A DNA stretch of 64,000 nucleotides, from the NCBI RefSeq assembly GCF_009914755.1, contig NC_060928.1. The stretch is one strand, 5' to 3'. This document shows, piece after piece, positions 58,520 through 64,000 of the stretch (the first letter of the stretch is position 1; each line of letters opens with the position of its first letter). This DNA is from the human T2T-CHM13v2.0 reference genome, Homo sapiens. Below the pieces are notes generated by a model. It saw only the letters and a list, made by a program, of their open reading frames with translations. It was not told where the DNA came from and ran no database searches. Made by a program: the position numbers and the translations under genes.

Positions 58520-60056
58520 TTTTTTTAAATTTTTTTACTATTTATTGATCACTCTTGGGTGTTTCTCGGAGAGGGGGATTTGGCAGGGTCATAGGACAAT
58601 AGTGGAGGGAAGGTCAGCAGATAAACATGTGAACAAAGGTCTCTGGTTTTCCTAGGCAGAGGACCCTGCGGCCTTCCACAGTGTTTGTGTCCCTGGGTAC
58701 TTGAGATTAGGGAGTGGTGATGACTCTTAATGAGCATGCTGCCTTCAAGCATCTGTTTAACAAAGCACATCTTGCACCGCCCTTAATCCCTTTAACCCTG
58801 AGTTGACATAGCACATGTTTCAGAGAGCAGGGGGTTGGGGGTAAGGTTATGGATTAACAGCATCCCAAGGCAGAAGAATTTTTCTTAGTACAGAACAAAA
58901 TGGAGTCTCCTGTGTCTACTTCTTTCTACACAGACACAGTAACAATCTGATCTCTCTTTTCCCCATATTTCCCCTTTTCTATTTGACAAAACTGCCATCC
59001 TCACCATGGCCCGTTCTCAATGAGCTGTTGGGTACACCTCCCAGACAGGGTGGCGGCCAGGCAGAGGGGCTCCTCACTTCCCACACTGGGCGGCCGGGCG
59101 GAGGCGCCCCCCACCTCCCAGACGGGGCGGCTGCCGGGCGGGGGCGCCCCCCACCTCCCAGACTGGGTGGCCGGGCGGAGACGCTCCTCACTTCCCAGAT
59201 GGGGCGGCTGCCGGGCGGAGGGGCTCCTCACTTCTCAGATGGGGTCGCGGCTGGGCAGAGGTGCTCCTCACCTCCCAGACAGGGTGACGGCTGGGCAGAG
59301 ACGCTCCTCACCTCCCAGACGGGGCAGCCGGGCAGAGGCGCTCCTCACATCCCAGAGGGGGCGGCCGGGCAGAGGCGCTCCCCACGTCCCAGACGATGGG
59401 CGGCCGGGCAGAGACGCTCCTCATTTCCTAGACGGGATGGCGGCGGGGAAGAGGCGCTCCTCACTTCCTAGATGGGATGGCGGCCGGGAAGAAGTGCTCC
59501 TCACTTCCTAGACTGGGCGGCCGGGCAGAGGGGCTTCTCACATCCCAGACGATGGGCAGTCAGGCAGAGACGCTCCTCACTTCCTAGACGGGGTGGCGGC
59601 CGGGCAGAGGCTGCAATCTCAGCACTTTGGGAGGCCAAGGCAGGCGGCTGGCAGGTGGAGGTTGTAGCGAGCCGAGATCACGCCACTGCACTCCAGCCTG
59701 GGCAACATTGAGCACTGAGTGAGCGAGACTCCGTCTGCAATCCCGGCACCTTGGGAGGCTGAGGCGGGCAGATCACTCGAGGTCAGTAGCTGGAGACCAG
59801 CCCGGCCAACACGGCAAAACCCCATCTCCACCAAAAAATACAAAAATCAGTCAGGCGTGGCGGCGCGTGCCTGCAATCCCAGGCACTCGGCAGGCTGAGG
59901 CAGGAGAATCAGGCAGGGAGGTTGCAGTGAGCTGAGATCGCGGCAGTACAGTCCAGCCTTGGCAACAGAGGGAGACCGTGGAAGGCGGGAGTCGGAGACG
60001 AGGGAGAGGGGGAGACCGTGGAAAGCGGGAGGTGGAGACGAGGGAGAGGGAGAGGG
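58520..60056 (-). mobile_element. SVA retrotransposon (older SVA_A/B-like), antisense
   Basis: T-tail, SINE-R (58545-59040), GC-rich VNTR (~59040-59610), Alu-like domain (~59610-59970) and a short (GGGAGA) end. TSD attatttct at 58511-58519 and 60057-60065. Confidence 0.95.
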
Positions 60057-60155
60057 ATTATTTCTGTATGACTTAATAATGAATTTCTAAGAAGGTCACT
60101 TAGCTCACTGTTGTCTCTTCTAAAACGTACTCATCTTTCCTTTTCTCTTCTGTAG

Positions 60156-60313
60156 GAACTCATTATACAATGACAAATGGAGGCAGCATTAACAGTTCTA
60201 CACATTTACTGGATCTTTTGGATGAACCAATTCCAGGTGTTGGTACATATGATGATTTCCATACTATTGATTGGGTGCGAGAAAAATGTAAAGACAGAGA
60301 AAGGCATAGACGG
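60156..60313 (+). CDS. CLCN3: Shared ClC-3 coding exon, (G)[52 protein letters not shown]; internal Met at 60170
   Basis: Long polypyrimidine tract then TAG|GAA; donor CGG|GTAAGT; 158 nt. Contains the CLC-3/4/5 motif YDDFHTIDW. Absent from the ORF track because it is short. Confidence 0.97.
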
Positions 60314-60942
60314 GTAAGTGTTTTTAGTAAAAATTTTTAAAAACATAGTGCATAATTAGATCTTTTAATAATATATTTCTGCCAATGATCTCAGGCTGCC
60401 AAATGTTTACATTTAATATAAGTAAATGTCTACATTTCATATGTGGTACATGTTTTTTTCTTTTTCTATGTTTAATTTTTTTAGTTTACTTATACCCTGT
60501 AACTTTCCAGAAAGGATTTCAGGTAGCTAAAAAACAAAGAAATACAATAAGAAGACAAAATAAGAAGGAAAGGGAAAAATACAGCACAGGAGTTGGGGGG
60601 AAGAACAAGCCAAGTTCCAGATATGGAGGTCAGCATGATTTTGGGCTTTGAGCAGCCCACCAGCTAAGGCAAAAAAGGAAACTCATTGCATAGCTCTTAC
60701 CTATGGAAAAAGAAGAAATCTACTGGGGGCAGATGGTCTTGTGGGATTTTGCTGTTTTCTTTTATCTCCTTTCCCAGCATTTGATTCTGAGATATTTCTC
60801 AATTTGGCTCCCAAATAAAGCTTATTGAGTGTTGTAATGGTTTACTGTTTTTTTTAAAAATGGCTTTAACATATAAAAGTACAACTTATGGATCCTTTTT
60901 GTTTGTGGTCGTGACTTACTGATAATGTAATCCAAAATACAT

Positions 60943-61417
<475 letters not shown>

Positions 61418-61677
61418 TAGAAAATCTTCTTGAAAAATAAAATTCCAAATCTCAAAAGGCCCTATATAATTTTGGTGTTGGAAATTTACTTGTCAATGAA
61501 AATGACTATTTACACAAATTATAAGCTTCCATATTAATATATATGTGTGTGAACCTGAAATTCAAATTTTATTATATTGTTTATGAAAGGTACAGCCTCT
61601 GAGATTCATCAGATGGTATTTACCTTTAGGGCATATCTAAAAATAAAATACAGTACATGAAATCCAGTGCTTTAATC

Positions 61678-63105
61678 CAGTGATTCTTAAACTTTTTGCT
61701 CTCAGATCCCCTTTAAACTCTTAAAAGATATTGAAGAGCTCCAAGGAGGCTTTGTTTACGTGGTTTTTATCAATGGATATTTACCATATTAGACACTGAA
61801 ACTGAGGATTTTAAAAAAAAATAATTCATTTAAAAATAACAGTAACAAAACCCATTACATGTTGACATAAATAACATTTTTACGAAACTATATTTTCAAA
61901 AATTAGTGAGAGAATGACATTGTGCTACATTTGTTATAAATCTCATTATTGTCTGGCTTAATAAAACACTGCTGGATTCTCATATCTGCTTTTGCAGTCA
62001 ATATGTTGTATGTTGTTTTTATGGAAGTATGTGAAGAAATTCAACCTCATACACAGATAATATAGTTGGAAAAGCTATGAGTATTTTAATAGTCTTTTAA
62101 GATTATTGCAAATATTCTTCTTTGATACTACACTAAAGTGACAATTGTTAGTTTCTTAAAGATTAGTTGTAATGTGTACTTTGAAACTGCATCAATGAAC
62201 TTTGTCTTCTGTTACATTAAAATCCATTGATTTTGAATATATGATTTTGTAACATTATGCAGTGATCATTTAGAAAATATTGATTCACTGATTTATGTGG
62301 ATCTTTTAAATGTTGACACTTATATAATATAATACAATATTTTAAAAATCACATTTGTTAATTTTACCTTTGATCTATTCAGAAAAGACTCTAAGTATTG
62401 GGAACCTATCATCCTCACAGTGATAGATACAAGTTTCCTAAAATTCTGATTTTTACTGGAGAGCTCAAATTCTATCATTGGAAACAAATACACATTTATT
62501 TAACTTAAAAATGACAGGATTACTTGGTTTCATTATTGAGAAAATACCTGTCAAATTCCCAAGTCTGGAAAACCATAGTTTGATGTCACTCTTTCAAGTA
62601 AAAATGGCATTCCATGTAAGAAGTGTCTAGTTTATTATGCAACTCAAATAAATTACGCAAGTGCTTTTCTTTAGGACATAACTTCATACATACTTCCACA
62701 AGCAGCAGATGTGTGTAGTTATGCATAGTTCCTTATGCATGGTTCTTATTTCATCACACAAAATATTAAAAAGACTCAGTGATTGAGACGTAGCAGTTTT
62801 TACTGCTTCATCAAAGATGCTCTTATTTGAAACTGGCATAATATGATTTATTTATTTGATTTTACTGGGAAGCATGGCAGTCAAGAATGTAATGACTGCC
62901 AGTACATTTGAGTGCCACTGCTTGATTTTTGCTATGGAGTCAGCAATTTTGCCACTGGTTTTGCATTTTCAGTAAAAATGTCAACACAGTGAAAAAGGCA
63001 CATAATGTCTTGTATTATTTTGTAAACAGTTTTATCTTGCAGACCCCTTGAAAAGGTCTCGGGGATCCTCCAAGGTGCCAGTAGACCGTACTTTGAAAAT
63101 CACTA
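61678..63105. mobile_element. Charlie1(a)-like hAT DNA transposon with both ends intact
   Basis: TIRs cagtgattcttaaa / tttgaaaatcacta; 8-bp TSD ctttaatc / ttttaatc; about 1.43 kb. Confidence 0.8.
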
Positions 63106-63321
63106 TTTTAATCCAAAGTGCCTAGATCAGACACACTATAAATCCTGTGTCTTGTATGATCATTAGGTAAATACATTTGTACTTAGAAGTATACATTCAG
63201 AGACATTAACAGTATTCAGGTTGGGATTTAAGTATATTTTAAAGTGTGGTACCTAGAGAGTATCCATGACACTATGTTCATAAAATTTTAGAGAAAACTG
63301 AGATCAAAGGAAACCAAAACA

Positions 63322-63625
63322 GGCTGGTCATAGTGGCTCATGCCTGTAATCCCAGTGCTTTGGAAGGTTGAGGCAGAGGATCGCTGGATCCCAGGAGTTT
63401 GAGACCAGCCTGGGCAAATATGGAGACTATCTCTACACAACAAAACAAAAATTAGCTGGGTATAGTGTCTTGCGCCTATAGTCCTAGCTACTCGGAAAGC
63501 TGAGGTGGGAGGATCCCTTGAGCCTGGAAGTTCTAAGTTACAGTGAATTATGATTGCACCACTGCCCTCCAACCTGGGTGAAACAGCAAGACCCTGTCAC
63601 CCTCCAAAACAAACAAAAAACACTT
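63322..63625 (+). mobile_element. AluJ
   Basis: Sense Alu dimer. Confidence 0.88.
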
Positions 63626-63850
63626 TTTTCTCTGAGTATGTAAATGGTTAGTGTACAGTCCTTGAAAACATTGCAAATAGTATAGCAATATATGAAGTAG
63701 CCAGTATGTGTCCTAGCTAATTTTATCAATCATCTCTTCCTAGACCAATCAAATATTTTTCAATATTTTGATCCATGCTTATATAAACAAGATTTTTTAA
63801 AGCTGGAAAATTCCACACATTTATATACTTACTATTGTTCTTAAAATTAA

Positions 63851-64000
63851 TTTTTTTTTTTTTTTTTTAAGCAGAGTCTTGCTCTTTTGCCCAGGCTGAA
63901 GTTCAGTGGTGCGATCTCGACTCCCTGCAACCTCTGCCTTCCAGGCTCAAGCAGCTCTCGTGCTTCAGCACCCCAAGTAACTGGGATTACAGGCATACGC
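63851..64000 (-). mobile_element. Alu, cut by the window end
   Basis: T-tail plus antisense right arm. Confidence 0.85.

Noticed and set aside
59040-59610. Regular ~40-bp repeats resembling a CRISPR array
   Set aside because: Tandem degenerate VNTR units without unique spacers, in eukaryotic DNA.
58979-59843. Overlapping GC-rich ORFs of 70-163 aa
   Set aside because: They are SVA VNTR and Alu-like sequence that is stop-poor by composition; no gene structure.

Overview
This is primate, almost certainly human, genomic DNA (it carries an AluYa5 and an SVA) containing the 5' part of CLCN3, the endosomal 2Cl-/H+ exchanger ClC-3, on the + strand. The gene parts I can support are: a CpG-island promoter, a non-coding exon 1 (~300-844), the first coding exon (15694-15869, [10 protein letters not shown]...), an alternative first coding exon (ATG 40156, donor after 40234, MDASSDPYLPY...), and the shared next exon (60156-60313, [10 protein letters not shown]...RERHRR). 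The rest is intron, dense in Alu, L1, L2/MIR, LTR and DNA-transposon relics, with one antisense SVA. Nearly all ORFs in the supplied track are repeat-derived noise. I see no evidence of a wholly new biological system. The most interesting signals are regulatory or structural: a uORF stack including a splice-dependent overlapping uORF, a motif-rich internal promoter with its own uORF, an SVA/Alu inverted pair bracketing the shared exon, a young AluYa5 in a near-hairpin, and complex inverted L1 insertions. Repeat boundaries and subfamily names were called by eye and are approximate.
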